Source: Microgenomates group bacterium | GTDB lineage: Bacteria > Patescibacteriota > Microgenomatia > Daviesbacterales > UBA10151 | DNA: 64,000 bases | NCBI GenBank assembly: GCA_041659805.1 | Contig: JBAZXP010000001.1 | Location: 512,589 to 576,588 of the forward strand | Direction of reading: 5' to 3' | Shown: positions 48,421-57,106 of the stretch, piece by piece | Layout: each line of letters begins with the position of its first letter | Position numbering within the stretch: the stretch's first letter is position 1 | Position numbers and translations under genes: made by a program | Notes under the pieces: generated by a model | What the model saw: the letters and a program-made list of their open reading frames with translations, nothing else | Told to the model about the DNA's origin: nothing | Databases searched by the model: none

Positions 48421-49569
48421 GTGAGAAAAAGAAAAATTGCATATATAACTGGTACAAGAGCAGATTATGGTTTAATGACCCCTGTTTTGCGAAGTATTGA
48501 AGAAAGCAAAAAATTAGAACTCCAACTTTATACAACTGGTATCCATTTAATGCCGCAATTTGGTGAAACAGCTAAATTAGTTAAAAAAGAATTTCCACAA
48601 ACAAGAAGAATCAAAGCAATTTTTAAAACAGATGAAAAATCCAGCGTGGTTGATTTTTCCGGACTTTATATTAATTTATTGAACAAGGTTTTTAAAAAGG
48701 ATAAACCGGATATTGTCTTAATTTTGGGTGATAGGGTAGAGATGCTATGTACGGCAATGGTTTGTTTATATTTAGGAATTCCTACTGCACATATTCACGG
48801 AGGAGAGAAAACTTTTACAGTTGATGAGGTTTCCCGTCATGCAATTTCTAAAATTTCTAGTTTGCATTTTCCTGCAACAAAAGAATCTGCCGAAAGAATT
48901 CTAAAAATGGGGGAAGAAAAATGGCGGATACATGTAGTTGGAGCCCCGACATTGGATAGTATCTTAAATAAAAAACTACCAACAAGAATAGAAGTTCTTG
49001 AAAAATTAAGTATGGATCCAAAGCAAAAATTTATTTTGGTAGTTCAACATCCAGTGAGCAGTGAAATGAAAGATTCGGGTTATCAAATGCAAGAAACAAT
49101 TACTGCAGTAAAAGAAATTAATTTGCCCGTTGTGATAATTTATCCCCATCCTGATCCGGGTGGGAGAAAGATTATTAAAATTATAGAAAAAGAAAAGAAT
49201 AACCCATTATTTCATATTTTCCCGAACATAGATTTTGAATCGTTTTTAGCACTGGAGCGCGAAGCAATAGTTTGGGTAGGTAATAGCAGTGCAGCGATGA
49301 TAGAGTCGTCATCTTTTAAAACTCCAGTGGTAAATATCGGTACGAGACAGATCGGTAGACAGCGGGGAGAAAATGTAATTGATGTAGGATATAACAGAAA
49401 AAATATCTTAATAGCCATAAAAAAATCCTTGACTGATAAGTCATATCTTGCTAAGCTGCAAACTATCAAGAATCCTTGGGGAGATGGTAAAACAGGATCA
49501 AGGATTGTCCGAATTTTGGAAGAAATTGAAATTAACTCCAAAATATTAATCAAACAAATAACATATTAA
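48421..49569 (+). CDS. neuC: Hydrolysing UDP-GlcNAc / NDP-diNAcBac 2-epimerase (NeuC/LegG)
   Basis: TGTRADYG, TGIHL, LGDRVE, HIHGGE, RHAISK, VGNSS and NIGTRQ. GTG start. Confidence 0.93.
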   Translation: MRKRKIAYITGTRADYGLMTPVLRSIEESKKLELQLYTTGIHLMPQFGETAKLVKKEFPQTRRIKAIFKTDEKSSVVDFSGLYINLLNKVFKKDKPDIVLILGDRVEMLCTAMVCLYLGIPTAHIHGGEKTFTVDEVSRHAISKISSLHFPATKESAERILKMGEEKWRIHVVGAPTLDSILNKKLPTRIEVLEKLSMDPKQKFILVVQHPVSSEMKDSGYQMQETITAVKEINLPVVIIYPHPDPGGRKIIKIIEKEKNNPLFHIFPNIDFESFLALEREAIVWVGNSSAAMIESSSFKTPVVNIGTRQIGRQRGENVIDVGYNRKNILIAIKKSLTDKSYLAKLQTIKNPWGDGKTGSRIVRILEEIEINSKILIKQITY

Positions 49570-51095
49570 TGCACGATAATTTTAAAAATTGGAAACTGCC
49601 TAAATTTAATAAAACTGGCATGACCAAATGGAATTGGATGTGTCAATATCACGAAAATCTTAAATTAGGCAAATACACAGATATAGGCGCTTTTACTTAT
49701 ATTAATGCTAATTTTGGAGTCGAGATAGAAGATTATGTAGAGATCGGTTCGGGGTGTAGTATTTATTCTAACAATACTATCGACGGAATAACCGGAAAAA
49801 TTGTTATCAAAAAAAATGCTAAAATCGGAGCTCATTGTACCATTATGCCAGGAGTAACAATCGGAGAGAACTCTTTGATTGGAGCATATAGTTTTGTAAA
49901 GAACGATATCCCCGCAAATTGTACGGCATTCGGAATTCCGGCTAAAGTTATTAAAAAAACCAACCGGCATAACGATAAGATTCAGATTGCCAAGCCGTTC
50001 ATTGATGAAACTGATAAAAGAGCTGTAATGGACGTTTTGGAATCAGGTTGGCTTTCATTGGGTCCAAAATATAAGGAATTTGAAACCAATATAGCTTCGT
50101 ATACCAGTGCAACTTATGCTTGTGCGGTATCCAGTGGTACTTCAGGACTTCATTTGGCAGTCATTGCACTGGGATTAAAAGCAGGAGATGAGGTAATTAC
50201 TACACCATTTTCTTTTGTAGCCTCATCGAATTGTCTAATATACGAAGGGGTAAAACCGGTATTTGTTGATATAGAAGAAGAGACTTTTAATTTAGATCCT
50301 GATAAAATCGAAGCGGCAATAACAAAAAGAACAAAAGCAATTTTAGTTGTACATATCTTCGGTCAATCCGCGCGGATGGATAAGATTTTGAAAATTGCTA
50401 AAAAATATAAACTGAAAGTTATTGAGGATTCATGTGAGAGTTTGGGCGCCAGGTTCCAAGATAAGATGACAGGAACATTCGGAGATATCGGTGTTTATTC
50501 TTTTTACCCCAATAAACAAATGACTACAGGAGAAGGAGCGGTAATTGTTACAAATTCAAAAAAGTTATATGAATTATGTGATAGTTTGAGAAATCAGGGT
50601 AGAGGTTTAAGAGAGTCTAAAAAAGGGAAAGATTGGGATTGGCTCATGAGTGAAAGGGTAGGATATAACTACCGGATGGATGAAATGAGCGCTGCGCTTG
50701 GAGTGACACAACTCCAAAAAATTGATTGGATGATTGGTGAAAGAAGGAAAATTGTAGATCTATATAAAAAATATTTAGGAGAAATGGAAAGTATTATGGT
50801 TCCCATAATAGGTAAAAACAGAACCCATACATGGTTTGTATATGTCATTAGAGTGTTGAATAACAAACGAGATAAATTAATGAGCGATCTATCTGCTTCG
50901 GGTATTCAAGTAAGACCCTATTTACCGGCAATTCACTTACAATCGTTTATGAAAAAAATGTTCGGTTTTAAAAAGGGAGATTTTCCTGTAACCGAAAATA
51001 TTTCCTCCCAGACACTTGCGCTACCTTTTTATATTGGATTAGCAGAAGATGATATTAAATATATAGCAAATAAAATAAGGGAATCGCTTAAATGA
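49569..51095 (+). CDS. Fusion of a left-handed beta-helix acyltransferase and a DegT/DnrJ PLP aminotransferase
   Basis: The first ~130 aa are hexapeptide repeats (IGAHCTIMPGVTIGENSLIGAYSFV...GIPAKVIK). Then follow SSGTSGLH, IEDSCE, SFYPNKQMTTGEG and GYNYRM. Confidence 0.9.
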   Translation: MHDNFKNWKLPKFNKTGMTKWNWMCQYHENLKLGKYTDIGAFTYINANFGVEIEDYVEIGSGCSIYSNNTIDGITGKIVIKKNAKIGAHCTIMPGVTIGENSLIGAYSFVKNDIPANCTAFGIPAKVIKKTNRHNDKIQIAKPFIDETDKRAVMDVLESGWLSLGPKYKEFETNIASYTSATYACAVSSGTSGLHLAVIALGLKAGDEVITTPFSFVASSNCLIYEGVKPVFVDIEEETFNLDPDKIEAAITKRTKAILVVHIFGQSARMDKILKIAKKYKLKVIEDSCESLGARFQDKMTGTFGDIGVYSFYPNKQMTTGEGAVIVTNSKKLYELCDSLRNQGRGLRESKKGKDWDWLMSERVGYNYRMDEMSAALGVTQLQKIDWMIGERRKIVDLYKKYLGEMESIMVPIIGKNRTHTWFVYVIRVLNNKRDKLMSDLSASGIQVRPYLPAIHLQSFMKKMFGFKKGDFPVTENISSQTLALPFYIGLAEDDIKYIANKIRESLK

Positions 51096-52087
51096 ATGAT
51101 TTCCGTACTACTTTTAAAAACAAAAGAATTTTGGTTACAGGAGGTACTGGTTCGATTGGTAGTGAAATTGTCAGACAACTAATTCCTTTAAAACCTAAAC
51201 AAATCAGGATTTATTCGAGAGATGAATCAAAACAATACCAACTACAGCATGAACTAAGTTACTTTACTAACAATAAAGATATTTTACGTTTTTTGATCGG
51301 AGATATTCGGGATAAAGAAAGATTGAAAAGAGCCTTTAATGATATAGATATTGTTTTTCATGCAGCTGCGCTAAAACATGTGCCCTTTTGCGAAGATAAC
51401 CCCTTTGAAGCCACAAAAACTAATGTTCAAGGTACCCAAAACGTCCTAGATTTAGCGATTGACCATAGGGTAGAAAAAGTAATAGCTATTTCATCTGATA
51501 AAGCTGTAAATCCAAACACGTTTATGGGAATAACTAAATTAATGATGGAAAGAATGGTGATTTCTGCTGCTAACTACTCAGGGCAACTGGAAACTAAATT
51601 CGCTGCGGTAAGATTTGGTAATGTTATCAATTCAAGGGGTTCTGTGATTCCTTTGTGGATAGATCAAATAAAAAAGGGTGGGCCGGTTACTGTAACAGAT
51701 AAAAAGATGGAAAGATATTTTATGACTATTAGAGATGCTGTAAATCTTATATTTATGTCCACAAAAATTATGTTGGGAAAGGAGATCTTTGTTCTTAAAA
51801 TGTCTAAGTGTAATATCTATGAATTAGCTCAAGAAGTAATTGATCGTTATAGTAGTGGTAAGTTAATTAAAATAAAGATTACTGGTTCTAGAATAAGAGA
51901 AAAATTAGACGAACGTTTATATACAGATGAAGAAGAACAATTGATGATTGATGCGGGATTGTTTAATATTATTCAACCAACTATGGAGGACCTCAAAAAA
52001 CGATTATCTAAATATAATATTAGCAAAAAAAATAGAAATATTAAAATTGCCGATATATTTGATTCACTTCCAAAATTAAACAACTAG
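51092..52087 (+). CDS. UDP-GlcNAc 4,6-dehydratase (soluble PglF/CapD-like)
   Basis: VTGGTGSIGS, FHAAALKHVP, SSDKAV, MGITK (Met in place of the catalytic Tyr) and VRFGNV..SRGSVIP. Confidence 0.9.
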   Translation: MNDFRTTFKNKRILVTGGTGSIGSEIVRQLIPLKPKQIRIYSRDESKQYQLQHELSYFTNNKDILRFLIGDIRDKERLKRAFNDIDIVFHAAALKHVPFCEDNPFEATKTNVQGTQNVLDLAIDHRVEKVIAISSDKAVNPNTFMGITKLMMERMVISAANYSGQLETKFAAVRFGNVINSRGSVIPLWIDQIKKGGPVTVTDKKMERYFMTIRDAVNLIFMSTKIMLGKEIFVLKMSKCNIYELAQEVIDRYSSGKLIKIKITGSRIREKLDERLYTDEEEQLMIDAGLFNIIQPTMEDLKKRLSKYNISKKNRNIKIADIFDSLPKLNN

Positions 52088-52110
52088 ATTGTCTAATGTT
52101 ACTATGACTT

Positions 52111-53682
52111 TTATTTTTTTAATGAGAATTGTTTTAAGAAACTATTGATTCGAACAAGGGTATTTAATATTTTTGGATATTGATTACCAATTGCAATAAA
52201 ATTATTAGTTTCTGTAATTATAGTAATAAAATAATCAAATATACCAAGAGCAAGTCCAAAAACAAATACTATGAAGCTGTAAATTATTCCAGTAATGATG
52301 AATTGAATGAAATTATGTGGAGCAAAACCTGTAAATTCAATAAAAATATATAAAAATAAGGAAAAAATAATAATGATGCCGTAAAGTTTGAATGGAAAAT
52401 TAAAAATTAATTCTTTTTTGACTGTTTTTGCGAACAAAATTATTGACAATAAATATACTGCCGTGCTAGCAACTGCAGCACCTGTGATTCCATAAAGTCT
52501 AATTAAAATTATACTCAAGATTACATTGAATATGGCGATTATTACTGATATTTGCATTCTTTCCCGGACTTTTCCCATTCCGCTGGCTATAGTTGTTAAA
52601 AAACTTGAAAGTAAGGCAAGAATAGAGCCGAAAGCCATAATTCTTAATGGAGTTTCTACTAAACCAACCCATTTTGCACCGAAGATTATTTGAACTGTAA
52701 ACGAAGGGAAGAGAATAATGAATAAAGAAAAATAAGATCCAACAAAGGGGATAAGCTGAAGGCTGGCATTTAATATATAACGTGTTTTTGTCTGCTCTCC
52801 TTCCATAAGATGAGAAACTAACGGAAATAATAAATTATTTATTGGAGAAAGAAAAATACTTGGAATTGATATTAAAGGTAGTATTATATTGTAGATACCA
52901 ACTTCTCTAACATTTTTAAATAAAGTTAAGAAAAAATTATCAGTGAAGGTTATAAAAGTATAAATAGATGTAGTAATTAATGTAGGAATTGCGTATTGAA
53001 GCATTGTTGTAAATAATTTTCTATCCCATGACAAAGTTTTTTTCTTGAAATCCATATTTTGGCTTAATGAGTATGTATAAACAACAGTGCATATTATGTG
53101 TGATAGTGCCCAGGCAAGAGTGAAATAAAGTATGTTAGCATAATCAAAAACTAAGAATAATAAGGAAAATATCAATGCTAAAAATAGTCTGGAAAATTGT
53201 ATCGAGGAATAGATTTTTTCTTGCTGCAGTCCTGTAAACATTTTATACAATGCTTCTAAAAAGCTATTGGCAATAAAATAGATACAAAAAATATAAATTA
53301 GATTTTGTGCCTCGGGGACCTTAAAATAATTGATGCTCAACCAAGGTGCGGAAGCGATTAAGATTAATGAGAGTAAAATTGATGTCCCGACTTCAATAAA
53401 CTGGTTATATTTAAAAACCAGCCAACTTTTTTGAAAATCTTTTTGTTTGATAAATTTAGGAATTAGATAAGTGACACTATAACCGAATCCGAGATCCTTA
53501 TATGTTGTTAAGATCCCAAAAAAAGCAAGTAATGAATAGAATAGTCCATACATCTCAATCGATAAAGAATTAGAATAAAGAATTCGTAAGACATATCCTA
53601 ATGGGGATGTTAAAAGCGAGAAGAAAATGATAATGGATGTTCCTTTAAATATTCTTTTTGACAAAATTTCTTGGTTATGCAT
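52111..53682 (-). CDS. wzx: Wzx/MOP-family polysaccharide flippase
   Basis: About 14 TM segments, LSIEMYGLF, DLGFG, TDNFFL, EVGIY and YGITGAAVA. Confidence 0.88.
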   Translation of the reverse strand: MHNQEILSKRIFKGTSIIIFFSLLTSPLGYVLRILYSNSLSIEMYGLFYSLLAFFGILTTYKDLGFGYSVTYLIPKFIKQKDFQKSWLVFKYNQFIEVGTSILLSLILIASAPWLSINYFKVPEAQNLIYIFCIYFIANSFLEALYKMFTGLQQEKIYSSIQFSRLFLALIFSLLFLVFDYANILYFTLAWALSHIICTVVYTYSLSQNMDFKKKTLSWDRKLFTTMLQYAIPTLITTSIYTFITFTDNFFLTLFKNVREVGIYNIILPLISIPSIFLSPINNLLFPLVSHLMEGEQTKTRYILNASLQLIPFVGSYFSLFIILFPSFTVQIIFGAKWVGLVETPLRIMAFGSILALLSSFLTTIASGMGKVRERMQISVIIAIFNVILSIILIRLYGITGAAVASTAVYLLSIILFAKTVKKELIFNFPFKLYGIIIIFSLFLYIFIEFTGFAPHNFIQFIITGIIYSFIVFVFGLALGIFDYFITIITETNNFIAIGNQYPKILNTLVRINSFLKQFSLKK

Positions 53683-53701
53683 TTAGGAGAAGACTCAGGT
53701 A

Positions 53702-53751
53702 ATTATAGTATCATACAAATTAGCGTGATGCTATTTTCTTTGTGATATAAT
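53702..53751. promoter_or_regulatory. Divergent promoter region for wzx and the radical SAM gene
   Basis: TATAAT on - (53707-53702) and extended TGaTATAAT on + (53743-53751). Confidence 0.55.
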
Positions 53752-53783
53752 CATCGGATTGAATAGCCCTTCACTTTAGGAAG

Positions 53784-55466
53784 ATGTTGTTATTATTAAA
53801 AAGCATTGTTACGAATATTCCGTTTTCCATAAGGTTATACATTTTATGGCGAAAGTCTAATATTTTATGGAATACAAAAATTTCCCCGTTTGTGATTCCG
53901 GATAAGAAAAAAGAATACTTAAGTAAAACTTTTTTTGATAGGAAATCAGTCAGTAAAAAGAAAGGTCCGGTGGTTCTTGTTTCCAGGGATATTGCTTTTA
54001 CATTTCCTTTATCATATGCATATTTGGCAGGTTATTTAAAAGAAAAAGGAGTTGATGTAGTTATCCTTTTTAAAAACATAGGCCAGGACGAATTGGTTAA
54101 AAAAATAAAAAAACTCCATCCCATTTTAGTCGGTTTTGGAAATTTATATCCGGAACTTGAGGAGATCTCAAGTATTATATATAAACTAAATCAATCAGGA
54201 CGTGATTTTCCAATTGTTATTGGCGGGCAGATGTTTTCCCCTATTCCGGAATTTGCTATGAAATTAACTGGTGCAGATTACGGAGTGATCGGTGAAGGAG
54301 AAATCATACTCTATAAATTAGTAAAAGCTTTACAGAAAAATTCTGATCTTTCTAAAATCAAAGGCTTAGTCATCAGAGATAAGGATAAAATTACTATTAA
54401 TGACGGAGGAGAGTATATTGATGACCTGTCAAAACTTCCCAAAATTCCATATGAATTATTTGATGTCGATAAATGGTTGTTGATTGGAAGATGGTTTACC
54501 CAATTCAGGCCTGAACAACCACATTGGAGATTTGATGACAGGGTTATTAATGTACATGGTGGACGAGGATGTCCGTTTAAATGTAATTTTTGTTATCACC
54601 ATAATAAACCAAGGTACCGTGATATTAACGATATGATGGACGAAGCGGAAAAAGCATTAGAAAGGTTTGACGCAAACATGCTTTACTTTTCAGACGATTT
54701 AGTAATCGCCAATCCTCAAAGAGTTAGAGAATTGATAGCCAGGGTTAAAAGACTCAAGCGCCCGATAAGTTATAAAATTTCAACTAGGTTTGATATTTTA
54801 GAAAGGCTTAGTGATGAACTGCTTAAGGAGCTACATGAAACAGGATGCAGGATTATTGGTTTAGGGGTAGAATCCGGATCTAATAGGATACTAAAATTAG
54901 TTGGTAAAAATACAACTTCTGAAAAGATCTTAAAAGGACTTAAAAGGATCAAACAGTCCGGAATATTACCGACTGTTTCTGTAATGGTAGGTCAATATAC
55001 GGAAACAAGAGAGGATGTAGAGAAATCTTTTGAACTGATGAAAAAAGCTGTTAAAACTAATCCCTTAATTTCGTTCGCTTTTACTATCACAACTCCTTTT
55101 CCCGGCTCAATTTTATACGATATCTTATTTGCCAAAAAATTGTTGAAAAGTGATGAGGACTTTTATTACCGCTATATCGCTGGAAAAGTTGGACCATGGA
55201 ATCAGGTGGTTAATATGTCATCAATGTCTGATTACGAAGTAATAAAATTAAGAAATGAACTTGAGAAAAGCTATAACGAAGAAAGGCTTAAAGCGTTAGG
55301 GGAAGAGCGTTTCGAAAAGATAACAAGAATATGTAATAAACAAAGAAGAGCTGCAGAAGTTTTTGAAAGTAAGACTAAAAGAGAAAAGAAAAGGGATGAG
55401 GCTGCTTATTCTGAGGAACAACTAGAACTTGAAAATGAAAAATTATCTCTAATGGGAGTAGCTTGA
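53784..55466 (+). CDS. Cobalamin-binding radical SAM enzyme
   Basis: PLSYAYLAG, IGGQ, IGEGE, GRGCPFKCNFC, FSDD, LGVESGS and TPFPGS. There is a charged helical C-terminal tail. Confidence 0.92.
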   Translation: MLLLLKSIVTNIPFSIRLYILWRKSNILWNTKISPFVIPDKKKEYLSKTFFDRKSVSKKKGPVVLVSRDIAFTFPLSYAYLAGYLKEKGVDVVILFKNIGQDELVKKIKKLHPILVGFGNLYPELEEISSIIYKLNQSGRDFPIVIGGQMFSPIPEFAMKLTGADYGVIGEGEIILYKLVKALQKNSDLSKIKGLVIRDKDKITINDGGEYIDDLSKLPKIPYELFDVDKWLLIGRWFTQFRPEQPHWRFDDRVINVHGGRGCPFKCNFCYHHNKPRYRDINDMMDEAEKALERFDANMLYFSDDLVIANPQRVRELIARVKRLKRPISYKISTRFDILERLSDELLKELHETGCRIIGLGVESGSNRILKLVGKNTTSEKILKGLKRIKQSGILPTVSVMVGQYTETREDVEKSFELMKKAVKTNPLISFAFTITTPFPGSILYDILFAKKLLKSDEDFYYRYIAGKVGPWNQVVNMSSMSDYEVIKLRNELEKSYNEERLKALGEERFEKITRICNKQRRAAEVFESKTKREKKRDEAAYSEEQLELENEKLSLMGVA

Positions 55467-55473
55467 TTGTATA

Positions 55474-56232
55474 TTACAGTTTTGAATTTTCTTCATCCTG
55501 TTTGAGAATATGATGATATCTTTCAAATACTTCAGAGGGCTTTCCTTCTGCAATCATTTTTCCCTGATCAAGCAAAATTACTTTTTCACAGAAGTCCTTA
55601 ACTAGCTGCTCGCTGTGACTAACAAAAATAATTGTTTTCTCTCCAGATTTTTTTACCTCCTGTAAATAATTTATACATTTTTTTTGGAAACCTTCATCCC
55701 CGACTGCTAAAACTTCATCAATCAGCAAAAGAGGGGCGTTGGTGTTAATAGCAATAGAAAATGCCAGTCTCATATACATTCCGGAGGAATATTTTTTTAC
55801 AGGTGCATAGATAAAATCTTTTAATTCAGAGAAGTTAATAATATCGTCGAGTTTTAATTCGATTTCTTTTTTATGCATACCTAAAATTGCAGCGTTGAGA
55901 AAAATGTTTTCATATCCTGTAAGTTCATGATGAAACCCTGCTCCAAGTTCGATCAGAGGTGCTACCTTGCCCGTAATTATGACTTTTCCTGTTGTAGGTG
56001 TCGTTACTCCGGCAATTAATTTTAAAGCTGTTGATTTACCTGCACCGTTTTTGCCGATTATCCCCACAGTTTCACCCTGAAATATTTTAAATGAAACATC
56101 GTCAAGCGCAGCCACTTTTTTAGCCCAAGGTTTACCCAAAAATAAATTTGGTAAGAATTCTTTAAATGTTTTTTCTTCCTGAATATAAAAATTTTTATTA
56201 ACTTTTTCAAAAATTATTACCGGATTATCCAT
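55474..56232 (-). CDS. wzt: Polysaccharide ABC exporter ATPase
   Basis: GKNGAGKST, ELGAGFH, YSSGM, IDEVLAVGD and VSH. There is no C-terminal carbohydrate-binding domain. Confidence 0.95.
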   Translation of the reverse strand: MDNPVIIFEKVNKNFYIQEEKTFKEFLPNLFLGKPWAKKVAALDDVSFKIFQGETVGIIGKNGAGKSTALKLIAGVTTPTTGKVIITGKVAPLIELGAGFHHELTGYENIFLNAAILGMHKKEIELKLDDIINFSELKDFIYAPVKKYSSGMYMRLAFSIAINTNAPLLLIDEVLAVGDEGFQKKCINYLQEVKKSGEKTIIFVSHSEQLVKDFCEKVILLDQGKMIAEGKPSEVFERYHHILKQDEENSKL

Positions 56233-56234
56233 AG

Positions 56235-57020
56235 TTATACAATATCAGCAAACACTTTTTCGCTTTTCTTGAAAAAAATAAACCCGCTTAGAAAAACAAA
56301 GACTGAAAATATAAATGACCAATATATAGTACCTGTATCAAAAGGTAAATTGAATAATGCAGACCTATATCCTTCAATAATTCCGACCATAGGGTTTAAT
56401 TTATAAATAGCTACATATGTTTTTGGAACAAGTGAAAGAGCGTAAACAACCGGTGTAATGTATGTCCATAATAAAAGCAGTAAAGGAACAAGATACTGAA
56501 TATCCCGGTAAAATAAATTAAATGTACTGAAAATCAGAGACAACCCACTCATAAGTATTATTTGAATGAGAAAAAGAGGGAATATATATAAAATAGTGAT
56601 CCCAATAGGGATTTGATAAGCCAGCATGAAGATAAGCAATAATGAAAGAGCAAAAAAGAAATCAATTGTTTTAGATAGGACAACTGAATATGGTAGTATT
56701 TCGCGCGGAAAATAAACTTTCCTAATAAGATCTGAATTATCAATTAAAGAGCTTGTAGCAGTAATTAAGACATTTTGCAGATAAATCCATGGCAACAGCC
56801 CTGCAAACAGAAAGACCGGGTAGGGTATGTTGTTAGTCGGAAATTTAAAGATCACCGAAAAGACAAAAGTGTACACCAGGAGTTGGGCAAGAGGATTAAT
56901 CAATACCCATGCGTAACCGATGATAGATTGTTTGTAACGGGCTTTGATTGATCTTTGGGTAAGTTGAAATAAAAGATATTTATGGGTAAGAAAAGGTTGA
57001 ATTAATAATTTCAGCATCAT
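56235..57020 (-). CDS. wzm: Polysaccharide ABC exporter permease
   Basis: KARYKQSIIGYAW, KVYFPRE, YRDIQY, TPVVY and LNPM. Confidence 0.95.
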   Translation of the reverse strand: MMLKLLIQPFLTHKYLLFQLTQRSIKARYKQSIIGYAWVLINPLAQLLVYTFVFSVIFKFPTNNIPYPVFLFAGLLPWIYLQNVLITATSSLIDNSDLIRKVYFPREILPYSVVLSKTIDFFFALSLLLIFMLAYQIPIGITILYIFPLFLIQIILMSGLSLIFSTFNLFYRDIQYLVPLLLLLWTYITPVVYALSLVPKTYVAIYKLNPMVGIIEGYRSALFNLPFDTGTIYWSFIFSVFVFLSGFIFFKKSEKVFADIV

Positions 57021-57025
57021 CTAAA

Positions 57026-57095
57026 ATTATAATCTATCATGGTTAATTATTCTATATAAATAAGGGTTGTTAGCCTGAGAAAAAATACCTATAAT
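57026..57095. promoter_or_regulatory. Divergent promoters for wzm and the methyltransferase
   Basis: TATAAT on - (57031-57026), 5-8 nt before the tandem ATGs of wzm. TTGTTA-17 bp-TATAAT on + (57067-57095), 11 nt before ATG 57107. Confidence 0.55.
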
Positions 57096-57106
57096 ATGGG
57101 CACCAT

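Noticed and set aside
51092-52087. PseB / pseudaminic acid pathway
   Set aside because: The catalytic motif is MxxxK rather than YxxxK, a hydrolysing NeuC is present, and no PseG or PseH is seen.
28559-55466. RiPP or antibiotic biosynthetic cluster built around the radical SAM enzymes
   Set aside because: No precursor peptide, SPASM domain, NRPS/PKS or resistance gene is visible. The neighbours are GTs, wzx and wzm/wzt.
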